Assembly: GCA_044226485.1 (NCBI GenBank) | Contig: JBGAGY010000006.1 | Coordinates: 253,941 to 317,940, forward strand | Origin: Anaerolineales bacterium | GTDB taxonomy: Bacteria > Chloroflexota > Anaerolineae > Anaerolineales > UBA6663 | Direction: 5' to 3' | DNA length: 64,000 nucleotides | Shown here: one piece after another, positions 1 through 8,370 of the stretch | How the letters are laid out: the number at the start of each line of letters is the position of its first letter | How positions within the stretch are numbered: the stretch's first letter is position 1 | The notes under the pieces: model-generated | Databases searched by the model: none | What the model was told of the DNA's origin: nothing | What the model saw: only the letters and a program-made list of their open reading frames with translations | Translations under genes and position numbers: made by a program

Positions 1-1519
1 AGCCTGTCACGACAGTCTGACGGCGGCCGGCATCAACCTGTCCGCATACACCACAGCCGCCAGCGCCGCCGATGTGCGCGACATCGCTCGGGCGCTGCAC
101 TACAGTCGCGTTGACCTGTACGGCATCTCGTATGGCACGCGCCTTGCCATGACGATCATGCGCGACGATCCCACTCTTGTGCGCGCTGCAGTGCTCGACT
201 CGGCGTTGCCGCCGGAGGTCTTGCGCATCAATGAGACCGCCGCTAACGCGGAGCAGGCGCTCGACTCGCTCTTCGCAGACTGCGCGGCTGACCCGGTCTG
301 TGTCGCGACGTATCCCGATCTTGCCGAGACCTTCGATGCGCTCCTGGCTCAGGCCGCGGCCCAGCCCATCGTCATCCCCAGTGCTGACGCCCTCGGCGGC
401 GCTCAATCTTTGCAGTTGGATCCGGCCGGCGTCATCAACGCCGCGGTCTGGGGCCTGCACATCTCGGATTACATTCCCGCCCTGCCGTATGCGATCACGG
501 CCTTACAGCAAGGCGATGTGACGTCGCTGAACCCCGTGGCCGCGATCTTCTCATCGGCTGCGCCTGACATGAGCTCGGTCGTCAACCTGGCGATCACGTG
601 TCACGAACAGATCCTGCCAACGTCAGCCGATGCCTTGAACGCCTCATTCGATGCCCACCCGCGGACGGCGGCCTTCGGGCGCCTACATGTGTTCGGCGAT
701 GCGGCCACCGGCATCGCGGTCTGCCAGGCGTTGGGCCTCAGCGCGGCAGCCGAGGCGGAGCTGCGACCGCTCGAGACGGATCTGCCGAGCCTGATCCTGG
801 CTGGCGGACTCGATCCCACGACGCCGGCCGACTACGGTCGACAGGCGGCGCGCGAATCGAGCGAGAGCGCCTTCGTGCTGTGGCGAGAGGCCGGCCACGC
901 CGTCAGCGTTGGGCCCGACGCCCGCTGTGCGCAGTCGATCATCAGCCAGTTTCTGACCGACCCTGCCGCGCGGCTCGACACGACCTGTGTGGCAACAACC
1001 ACCCGGCGCGCGTTCCTGGCGCCTGGCGACCTGGCGGTGCAGGCGGCGCCGGCTGCCATGGCGGACACAGCTCCCCGCTCGTCCGATCCAGCAACCTCAG
1101 GCTCCTCTGCCGCGACCACCAGCGACGAACCTGCCCCGCAAGACGGTGGCGGGGGCAACAGCGGGGGCGACGACTCAGGTCTGGCGTCCGGCGAACCGTT
1201 CGTCGGACTGATGGGCGTTTCGATCGACCAGTGCCTGGTCTGTCTGAGTCACTTCCTGGGGCTCGAGCCCGGACAGCTGTATTACGAAACCGGCGTCGAG
1301 ACCGGCGGGCAGGTGTGGTTTCTCTATCGGGCCGACAACTACTATGGCCGGATCGTGGACATCGCTGTGGCCGCCGTGCCCGATGGGACGTTGTTCGTCC
1401 TGATGCTCACGGATCCTGGGAACCGTGACGCTTACTACGGCAGTGTGTACCTGCCGACGATCGACGAAGCGACGACTGCTTACTGGGGCGATCTGGAGCC
1501 GAGCGAGCCTGTCACGTAG
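1..1519 (+). CDS. alpha/beta-hydrolase fold serine hydrolase (S33/TAP-like peptidase family), 5'-truncated by window edge; carries a C-terminal low-complexity linker plus extra ~120-aa domain
   Basis: Track ORF 74..1519 stays open in-frame back to position 1, so the true start is outside the window. GISYG (GxSxG) nucleophile elbow. Ser/Asp/Gly-rich linker (SSDPATSGSSAATTSDEPAPQDGGGGNSGGDDSG) precedes the C-terminal domain. Confidence 0.6.
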   Translation, partial: ACHDSLTAAGINLSAYTTAASAADVRDIARALHYSRVDLYGISYGTRLAMTIMRDDPTLVRAAVLDSALPPEVLRINETAANAEQALDSLFADCAADPVCVATYPDLAETFDALLAQAAAQPIVIPSADALGGAQSLQLDPAGVINAAVWGLHISDYIPALPYAITALQQGDVTSLNPVAAIFSSAAPDMSSVVNLAITCHEQILPTSADALNASFDAHPRTAAFGRLHVFGDAATGIAVCQALGLSAAAEAELRPLETDLPSLILAGGLDPTTPADYGRQAARESSESAFVLWREAGHAVSVGPDARCAQSIISQFLTDPAARLDTTCVATTTRRAFLAPGDLAVQAAPAAMADTAPRSSDPATSGSSAATTSDEPAPQDGGGGNSGGDDSGLASGEPFVGLMGVSIDQCLVCLSHFLGLEPGQLYYETGVETGGQVWFLYRADNYYGRIVDIAVAAVPDGTLFVLMLTDPGNRDAYYGSVYLPTIDEATTAYWGDLEPSEPVT

Positions 1520-1543
1520 CGCAAGGGCGTGGCGCGTCGATCG

Positions 1544-2644
1544 TCAGCGCCCCAGCAGTTGTTCGCAGAGCCGGCGATTGCGCGCCATCTGCTGCTTGGC
1601 CACGGGCGCCAGGTCGCTGGCGAGCGCCAGCTGCGAGTAGCCCGTGCGAGCGGCCTCGAAGTGCTTGCGGCTGACCTCCAGCGCGACAAGGGCCTCGGAG
1701 TAGGCCTGCGCCGGCAGGTCGGGTCGCGCTGCGGCGGCGGCATCGTCGGCCGCGCGTTGGCCGAGCGTGATGTGGGCCTGCGCCCAGGTCAAGAGCGCCA
1801 GTGAGTTGCCCTCGCTCGGGATCGCCGTCAGGCTCGCTTCGGCGTGTTTCAGGGCGGCTCGCGCGTCACCGGCCTGAAGGGCAAGGCTCGACAAAAGCCG
1901 TTCGGTCAGGGCACGCTCCGTGACACTCAACCGAGTCCCAAAACTCGCGGCGCGCTCGAGATAGAGCTCGGCTTCACCCAGCTGGTTCTCGCGTAGCGCT
2001 AGAGATCCCAATTGGAACCAGAGATGGGCGTTGTCGGGCTCGCGTCGCAAGACGCCCTCGATGATGTCGCGGTCGCGTTGCGAGCGCGAGTCTCCACCCT
2101 GTACCGTCGCGCGCAGATAGCCGTAATGCGTCAACCTCAGGTCGCTGGGTTCGACGCGCCCCCCGGCGCGCTGGATCGAGGGCAGCACCTGCTCGTGGAT
2201 CGCCTGCTCGAATCGATACTCTTTGCGATTTCGAAAGAGCCTGAGCACAGGATGTTCGGTGAACGACACGGCCTCGCCGGGCGGCATCGGGCTGTGATAC
2301 AGCATGGCCCAGCCGTCGATGCGCGGCGACGCCGCGTCGGCGCCGTCCAGGAATGCGTGAAGCGCGCCACGGGTGTCCTCAGGGACTTCATCGTCGGCAT
2401 CCAGCACCAGGATCCAGTCGCCGGTTGCCGCGTCGAGGCTGACATTGCGGGCCTCGGCGAAGTCGTGGCGCCAGGCATGTTCGATCACTCGAGCGTCGAA
2501 CGAGCGCGCGATGGCGATGGTGTCGTCGGTCGAACCTGTGTCGACCACCACGACCTCGTCGGCCAGGCCCCTGGCGCTCGACAGGCAGCGCGCGAGGTCG
2601 GCCGACTCGTTCCTGGCGATCATGCAGACGGAGAGACGAGGCAT
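1544..2644 (-). CDS. family-2 glycosyltransferase (N-terminal GT-A domain) fused to C-terminal TPR repeats
   Basis: N-terminal CMIARNE...VVVVDTGSTDDT...ILVLDADDE, typical of GT2 (DxD). C-terminal half has TPR-like helical repeats. Overlaps the upstream paralog by 25 nt. Confidence 0.8.
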   Translation of the reverse strand: MPRLSVCMIARNESADLARCLSSARGLADEVVVVDTGSTDDTIAIARSFDARVIEHAWRHDFAEARNVSLDAATGDWILVLDADDEVPEDTRGALHAFLDGADAASPRIDGWAMLYHSPMPPGEAVSFTEHPVLRLFRNRKEYRFEQAIHEQVLPSIQRAGGRVEPSDLRLTHYGYLRATVQGGDSRSQRDRDIIEGVLRREPDNAHLWFQLGSLALRENQLGEAELYLERAASFGTRLSVTERALTERLLSSLALQAGDARAALKHAEASLTAIPSEGNSLALLTWAQAHITLGQRAADDAAAAARPDLPAQAYSEALVALEVSRKHFEAARTGYSQLALASDLAPVAKQQMARNRRLCEQLLGR

Positions 2645-4590
2645 GTCAGGGCTCTCACTACGGCGTCGATGAGATGCGGATGTCGGTCGTACTGATGGAC
2701 GATGGCAGGTGCATGCCCGTCGGCGGCCAGGACACGGCCGCCGTCGTCGGCGGTCAGGTCTTCGGGGAACATGGATCCAGCCGTCAGGAAGCGACCGCCG
2801 TTGGGCACCGCCACGGCGCCCGGCAGGCGACCCGAGTGGAGCAGGGCGTTGTGGGCGCCTTGATCGAGCCCGGCGAGACGTCCATCGGTCGAGTGTGCCA
2901 CGAGCTCACGCGACAGGCTGTCGAGGTAGCGGCCGATCGCGCCGGATGTGCCCAGCACCGTGCCCGAGCACGCGATCGGCAGATCGCTCATCTCCGCCCA
3001 GCGCTCACGCCCATACAACGAGCGCAGCCATTCGGCGTTGTTGGTCTCACAGCCGAGCGTGAAGAGCGGATCCTCGAGCGGCAACACAAGCTCGGCCTCG
3101 AGGGGCTCGGCGAATGGATCGCCCTGGAAGATCACGTCGCGGACGTCGGTCAGGAGCGCGCCATCAACGTCGGGATGGGCAGCCAGCCACTCCGCATACA
3201 GACGATAGCGCTCGACGTTGACCGACTGCGTCCCCGGCTTGAACGGGACGAGCGTTGCATGGCGCCGGATCTCGGCCTCGGTCTCGGCGTCGAGGTCCGC
3301 CCCGAAGATGACAAGGCGCGCACCCGGATTCCGACGCCCGATGTGCTGAGACCACGACTCGAAGAACGGCCACAGCCCGCCCCAGGGCAGGCCGCGCACA
3401 GCGCCGAGTGTCGCCGGCTGCATCAGGCGGACGGGCTGGCCGCGGCGCGCCGTGGCCGCGCATTCCGATGACAGCGTCAGCCCCGACGCGCGCGCCATCA
3501 GGCGGTCGCACAACCCCAGCTGGGCCCGGGCCACCTGAAAGCGGTCGCTCAGGTTGGCGCGGTGCTCGGCTCGCAAGCCCGGGTCGTCGATCAGGGCCTT
3601 GAAGCCGTCGACGGCTTCAGCCAGCGCCCCGCGCGCTGAGGGCAGCATGACGCGCTGCGCGGCCAGGGTCGCCTGGCCCTTGTGGGCGCGAAGCAGCACT
3701 TCGACAGTGCGTTGCGCGCCGATCTGAAGGGCGGCGTTGGCGCTGATCAGGTGCAGGGTGGGGCTCACTCGCCCGTTCTGCGGAAGCTCGAGGCCGAGTC
3801 GAGCGAAGTGACGGGCCTCAGGGAAGTCGGCGCGTCGGTCGGCGATCGCAGCCAGGGCGGCGAGGCTCTGCTGCAACACGTCGACGTTCACGCCGTCGAC
3901 GGACAGGTCCTGCCAGACATGCAGGAGCGTGCGCTGCGCCTCGTCGTCGAGGCCGAGCACCTGCTGCGTCAGGCCAAGCTTGATCCACGAATACGCATCG
4001 TCGGGGCGGCGTTCGGCTTCGGCGCGGAGCAACTCAAGGTTGCGCTGCTGTCGGCTGGCGCCCTGGGCCTGCTCGCTCAGATAACCGTAGTGCAAGATGC
4101 GCAAACCGCTCGGCGCGACAGTGCCGCCCGAGCGCTGAATGCTCGGCAGGATCTGAGTGTGAAGGTTGAGTTCGAAGCGGTGCTCCGGCCGATTGCGAAA
4201 CACGCGCACCTCGTCCGACTCGAGATGGTCGGTCAGGACGTCGGTCGGCGTGAAGTGATGCATGGTGAACAGCAGCCCGTCGACGGAGCAGGCCGACACG
4301 ACGTCGCGGAGGACGCGGGCGGTCTCGGGCGGCACTTCCTCATCGGCGTCGAGGTGAAGGATCCACTCGCCGTTGGCGGCGTCGAGCCCGACGTTGCGCG
4401 CCACTCCGAAGTCGTTCGTCCAGGCGTGCTCGATCACTCGAGCTCCGAGCGAGGTCGCGAGGGCGATTGTGTCGTCGGTCGAGCCCGTGTCGACCACGAC
4501 GATCTCGTCAACCACGCCGTTGATGCTCTGCAAACAGCGGCGCAGGTTAGCGGCTTCGTTCTTGACGATCAGGGTCGCCGTGAGAAGCAT
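2620..4590 (-). CDS. family-2 glycosyltransferase + TPR repeats + ~280-aa C-terminal domain of unknown function
   Basis: N-terminal LIVKNEAANL...VVVVDTGSTDDT...HLDADEE is paralogous to the downstream gene. Central TPR-like region. C-terminal region (GADLDAETE...GLDQGAHNALLHSG...) has no family I can name. Confidence 0.75.
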   Translation of the reverse strand: MLLTATLIVKNEAANLRRCLQSINGVVDEIVVVDTGSTDDTIALATSLGARVIEHAWTNDFGVARNVGLDAANGEWILHLDADEEVPPETARVLRDVVSACSVDGLLFTMHHFTPTDVLTDHLESDEVRVFRNRPEHRFELNLHTQILPSIQRSGGTVAPSGLRILHYGYLSEQAQGASRQQRNLELLRAEAERRPDDAYSWIKLGLTQQVLGLDDEAQRTLLHVWQDLSVDGVNVDVLQQSLAALAAIADRRADFPEARHFARLGLELPQNGRVSPTLHLISANAALQIGAQRTVEVLLRAHKGQATLAAQRVMLPSARGALAEAVDGFKALIDDPGLRAEHRANLSDRFQVARAQLGLCDRLMARASGLTLSSECAATARRGQPVRLMQPATLGAVRGLPWGGLWPFFESWSQHIGRRNPGARLVIFGADLDAETEAEIRRHATLVPFKPGTQSVNVERYRLYAEWLAAHPDVDGALLTDVRDVIFQGDPFAEPLEAELVLPLEDPLFTLGCETNNAEWLRSLYGRERWAEMSDLPIACSGTVLGTSGAIGRYLDSLSRELVAHSTDGRLAGLDQGAHNALLHSGRLPGAVAVPNGGRFLTAGSMFPEDLTADDGGRVLAADGHAPAIVHQYDRHPHLIDAVVRALTCLVSPSA

Positions 4591-4597
4591 AAGGGCC

Positions 4598-5446
4598 TCA
4601 TGTCAACGCGAGACGAAAGCCGAGGCCGGTGGATGTGTAAGACGGCAGCAGGCTTTCGCGCGCGGAGCAGCGAGCCAGCTTTCGGCTGTAATACCACGAG
4701 CCACCGCGCACCACGCGCTTGCCCTCGGCATGTGGATCTTCGCGGCCGTCGCCGGCCACGTACGGATACGGCCTCAAGATCGAGGCCGTCCACTCGTACA
4801 CGTTGCCGGCCATGTCCTGGACGCCGTCGGCGCTGACGCCGCCCGGGACATACATGTGGAGCGGTGAGGTGTCGCGCCGGTTGTTCTCGGCGGTGTTGCA
4901 GCGCCAGGCGTCGAAGTCGGCGCCCCAGGGGTAGATGCGGCCGTCGGTGCTGCGCGCCGCGCGCTCCCACTCGATCTCGGTCGCCAGGCGATAGGCCTGT
5001 CCGGTCTGCTGCTTCAGCCAGGCGCAGTAGGCGATGGCGTCGTGCCAGGAGACGTTGACGACCGGGTGCTCCTCGATACCCTTGGGGATGTCGAAGTTGA
5101 TCCAGTGCCGCGGCGCCTTGTAGCCGGTCGACCAGATGAAGGGCCGATACTCCAGGTTCGTCACAGGATGCTGGCCGATGCTGAACGCCGCCAGCTCGAC
5201 GGTGTGCGCCGGCTGCTCGGCCATGAACATGTTGCGGCTGTCCCACTCATTGGCCCAATCCTCGCGCAGGAGCAGATACTTGACCTGCTCGTCGGGCGTC
5301 CCGATCAGGCAATGCCCGGCAGGGATGTGGATCATGGGCGCCACACGCACCATCAATTTCTCGAGATCCTTCTCGGCGACGGTCTCGTGTTCTTCGGCGG
5401 CCCTCAGGTCCGCCGCGATCTGGGCCAGGCGATCGAGTTTGCTCAT
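4598..5446 (-). CDS. FGE-sulfatase (SUMF1/EgtB/PvdO) family domain protein lacking the FGE catalytic Cys pair
   Basis: Conserved FGE-family blocks (HPVVNVSWHDAIAYCAWL, RLATEIEWERAAR, YPWG, DMAGNVYEWT, RGGSWYYS). Only a single Cys sits after RGGSW, not CxPxYCxRYR. N-terminal coiled-coil-like segment. ATGA start/stop overlap with the upstream gene. Confidence 0.8.
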   Translation of the reverse strand: MSKLDRLAQIAADLRAAEEHETVAEKDLEKLMVRVAPMIHIPAGHCLIGTPDEQVKYLLLREDWANEWDSRNMFMAEQPAHTVELAAFSIGQHPVTNLEYRPFIWSTGYKAPRHWINFDIPKGIEEHPVVNVSWHDAIAYCAWLKQQTGQAYRLATEIEWERAARSTDGRIYPWGADFDAWRCNTAENNRRDTSPLHMYVPGGVSADGVQDMAGNVYEWTASILRPYPYVAGDGREDPHAEGKRVVRGGSWYYSRKLARCSARESLLPSYTSTGLGFRLALT

Positions 5447-6600
5447 GGCGCCATCCTTTCAGCTCGCTGTGCGGCGACGTCCACGGCCAGCGCGTTGGTC
5501 TGCGCCTGCTCGTGGATACGCCTGTAAACGTCAAGCATGTCCGGCACCATCGCGTCGGACGTGAAGCGGGCCGCCTGGGCGCGGTTCGCGCGCGCCAGCA
5601 GGCGTCGTTCGCTCAAGGTGTCGATGTGGGTCAGGATGGCTCGCTCCCAGGCATAGGCCGTGTTTTCGACGAGCGTGCCGAAGTGGCGCAGACCCGAATA
5701 GACGGATCCTTCTGAGGCGATCCAGGGCACACCGACCGCCAGGTACTCGAGCGCCTTGATCCAGCTGCGCCGTTCGTCGTAGCTGCCAGAGAGCGGCGCG
5801 AGGCCGATGTCGAGCCCGCGCAGTTGCGCTGGCCACTCGTTGTACGGCACCCAGGGTCGCAGGACCTTCTGCTCGTGGGAGACCTTCAGCGCGTCGAGCA
5901 GGCGGCCGTCGTTTCCGTGGATGACGATCTCGACATCCGGTCGGGCTCGGCAGACGCGCTGCAACGCCGTCAGCACGCCGCTTTCGGTGAAGGATTGCAG
6001 GTGCGACAGGCTGCCGCCCCAGCCGATGCGAATCTTGCCAGGCTCTGCGGTGGCGCTCAGTTCGCCGGTGTCGCGCGTCGGGCGCTCGTCGGCGCGGTAG
6101 ATGGCAGGGTCGAGCGCGTTCGGGAGGTGATAGGTCGGGAGCAGATGAGCCCAATCTTCAGCCAGGCGTTGCGACGGCATCGTGGCCGCATGGCAGAGCT
6201 TGAGGCCCCAGGCGAATTGCTCGATGGGCGTCGGCGACATCGTCTCGTAACCGCCGTCGGGGTGCCGCACCCAGCCCTTGTGCCAGTAGGCGTAGGCCGG
6301 GTTGCTGTCGGGCATTTGATCGTAGGCATCGTCGAACTCGGCGATGATCGTTTTGCCCTGCGCTTTCCAGTGAAGGATGGCGGCCAGGACGGGTCCGACC
6401 AGGTTGCGCTGGATGATCAGAACATCGGCCGCGCGACAGGCCGACATGGCCACTGGCGTGCCGCTCAGCCACTCGCGCAGATCGACGAGCGTCGCGTGGG
6501 CGAGGCCTGAGCGATGGATGGCGCGAGCAGGCACGGCGCAACGCCACTCGCTGCTGTTCCACTCGTGCGGATTGTCCGCCGTCACAAAGACGAGTTTCAT
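5443..6600 (-). CDS. GT-B-fold glycosyltransferase-like protein (GT1/GT4-like), paralog of the C-terminal domains of the two upstream genes; no TPR
   Basis: Start chosen at MKLVFVTADNPHEW (track ORF extends to 6747 through an Arg/Pro-rich, probably non-coding extension). C-terminal block LDIGLAPL...VGVPWIASE aligns with FDVLVQPL...GLPWLASP and FDVLMAPV...SLPFAASP of the paralogs. Start overlaps the upstream stop by 4 nt (ATGA). Confidence 0.65.
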   Translation of the reverse strand: MKLVFVTADNPHEWNSSEWRCAVPARAIHRSGLAHATLVDLREWLSGTPVAMSACRAADVLIIQRNLVGPVLAAILHWKAQGKTIIAEFDDAYDQMPDSNPAYAYWHKGWVRHPDGGYETMSPTPIEQFAWGLKLCHAATMPSQRLAEDWAHLLPTYHLPNALDPAIYRADERPTRDTGELSATAEPGKIRIGWGGSLSHLQSFTESGVLTALQRVCRARPDVEIVIHGNDGRLLDALKVSHEQKVLRPWVPYNEWPAQLRGLDIGLAPLSGSYDERRSWIKALEYLAVGVPWIASEGSVYSGLRHFGTLVENTAYAWERAILTHIDTLSERRLLARANRAQAARFTSDAMVPDMLDVYRRIHEQAQTNALAVDVAAQRAERMAP

Positions 6601-8327
6601 GACCGGGCGCCCCCCCAGGCGCGATGAGCGACGTCGAAGGCCGCCGGCACTGGCGTGCCGAGCGGGTTGAGGGCGAGTGGTGTCGGGCTTTCGTTCGTCA
6701 GCGCTTCGAGGCGGGCCAGCGGGAGCGCGCCCGTCGTCGTGCGCCACCAGGCATCTGCCAGCGCACCCGCTTCAAAGTCCTGGGCGGCGCGCCGGCCGTG
6801 TTCGGCCAGTTCGGCGCGCAACTGCGGCTGTTCGATCAGGCGCGTGAGCTGGGTGAACCACGCGTCCGAGTCGGTCGCCACGAGCCCCCCTGACCAGTTG
6901 CTCGAGGTCATGGTGGGCGAGGCCAGCCACGGCAGGCCCAGAGCTCCCGCTTCAATGAAGGGTTGGCCGCCGATGCTCTCGGCGTAAGCGCCAGGTCGCA
7001 GCGGCTGGACGAGGACGTCGAACTGCGAGAGCAGATACGGCCGATCGGATCCGCCAACGGGCGGAAGGTATAGTCTCTGGCTGTCCGGGACCGACTGCGC
7101 GAACTGCTGGTAGGCCAGCGGATCGCCCGCCACGACCAGGCGCGCGTCAGGGTGGGTCTTCAACACCCGCGACAGCTCGCGTCGAATGAGGGCCAGGTCG
7201 AGATGCGTGCCTGGGCCGGCCAGCCACCCGATGCTCAATTGGGCCTTCGGCTGATGCGGCAGATCCCAACCGCCTCCGGCACGCGCCCAACCGCCGGCGA
7301 TCACGCGGACGCGCTGCCCGGCCTCGCGCAGCACTTCGGCCATCGGCTCCGAAGGCGCGACGACCATGTCGGCCAGGCTCAGGGCCGTGATGAACGACTC
7401 GACCCGTTCGGGCGAACCCAGACCGACGCGATGGAAGGCCGGGTGCTCGCCGGGAAGACGGGCATAGTCGCAGGCCAGGCTGACGACGATGGCCACGCCC
7501 TCCGCTGCCGCCATGGCCAGACCCTGGGTCAGCTGCGCGTCGGCATGCGGCTCGTGGGCGATGATGACGTCGTAATCGCGCGTGCGCTCAGGCGCCAGCG
7601 CCAGGCACTCGTCGACCTCGGCGCCGCGCGCGCGCAGGGCCGCGGCGGGCACGCGTGTGAAACCCGAACCGGCCACCGGCGCGACGACCAGCGCACGCAA
7701 CGGACCCGCGCGGCGATGCGGTTCCGGGGCCGTCTCGGCCTGGCGTTGCAGTCGCAGGGAGATGAGCAACTGACCGAGCGCCTCGGCGACTTCGTGCTGG
7801 CCCTCGCGGCGAGCGGCGCGAATGTTGAGCTCGACCAGGGCGGGCAGCAATCGATCGATTTCAGTCAGACGTGAAGCGATCAGCGCAGCCGGTTCGCGCG
7901 AGTTGACGATTTCGTCGAGCAAGGCCGCGGCGCGGCGCACGTCGGCCTCGCGCACAAATGAAAGACCTTCGTCGACAGAACCCAGGTCGCGGCGCAGATT
8001 GGCCAGATCCTGCTCGACGAACGAGGCCGTCGTGGCGCTTCGGTTCGGCGGGGCCGTCTCGCCGTGTTCGGCGCGGATCAGGCTCAGCCGGTTGAGGACG
8101 TCGTGCCCCTCGGGCCGCAGGGCCTGGGCCGCTGCGTAGCGTTCTTCGGCCGCCGACAAACGCCCGGCCGCGAGTTCGGCATCGCCCAGCCAGAGCAGGG
8201 CTTCGACATCGTCCGGCGCGGCCTCGACGACGGTGCGAAGCAAATCGCGCGCGCTGTCGACCCGGCCGGCATGAAGCTCAGCACGGGCCTGGGCGCGGCG
8301 GAGGTGGAGGGCGGTGGGCAAAGGCAT
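6597..8327 (-). CDS. TPR-repeat protein fused to a GT-B-fold glycosyltransferase-like C-terminal domain (OGT/GT41- or GT4-like architecture)
   Basis: N-terminal TPR repeats (DVEALLWLGDAELAAGRLSAAEERYAAAQALRPEG). C-terminal IGWLAGPGTHLDLALIRRELSRVLKTHPDARLVVAGD...FDVLVQPLRPGAYAESIGGQPFIEAGALGLPWLAS resembles the GT-B donor-binding half. Start set at MPLPTAL (8327); the track ORF runs to 8474 as an alternative. Confidence 0.65.
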   Translation of the reverse strand: MPLPTALHLRRAQARAELHAGRVDSARDLLRTVVEAAPDDVEALLWLGDAELAAGRLSAAEERYAAAQALRPEGHDVLNRLSLIRAEHGETAPPNRSATTASFVEQDLANLRRDLGSVDEGLSFVREADVRRAAALLDEIVNSREPAALIASRLTEIDRLLPALVELNIRAARREGQHEVAEALGQLLISLRLQRQAETAPEPHRRAGPLRALVVAPVAGSGFTRVPAAALRARGAEVDECLALAPERTRDYDVIIAHEPHADAQLTQGLAMAAAEGVAIVVSLACDYARLPGEHPAFHRVGLGSPERVESFITALSLADMVVAPSEPMAEVLREAGQRVRVIAGGWARAGGGWDLPHQPKAQLSIGWLAGPGTHLDLALIRRELSRVLKTHPDARLVVAGDPLAYQQFAQSVPDSQRLYLPPVGGSDRPYLLSQFDVLVQPLRPGAYAESIGGQPFIEAGALGLPWLASPTMTSSNWSGGLVATDSDAWFTQLTRLIEQPQLRAELAEHGRRAAQDFEAGALADAWWRTTTGALPLARLEALTNESPTPLALNPLGTPVPAAFDVAHRAWGGARS

Positions 8328-8370
8328 GGCGTCGGCTAAGTCGGCAGAGCGCGATCGAAGGCGATGATCC

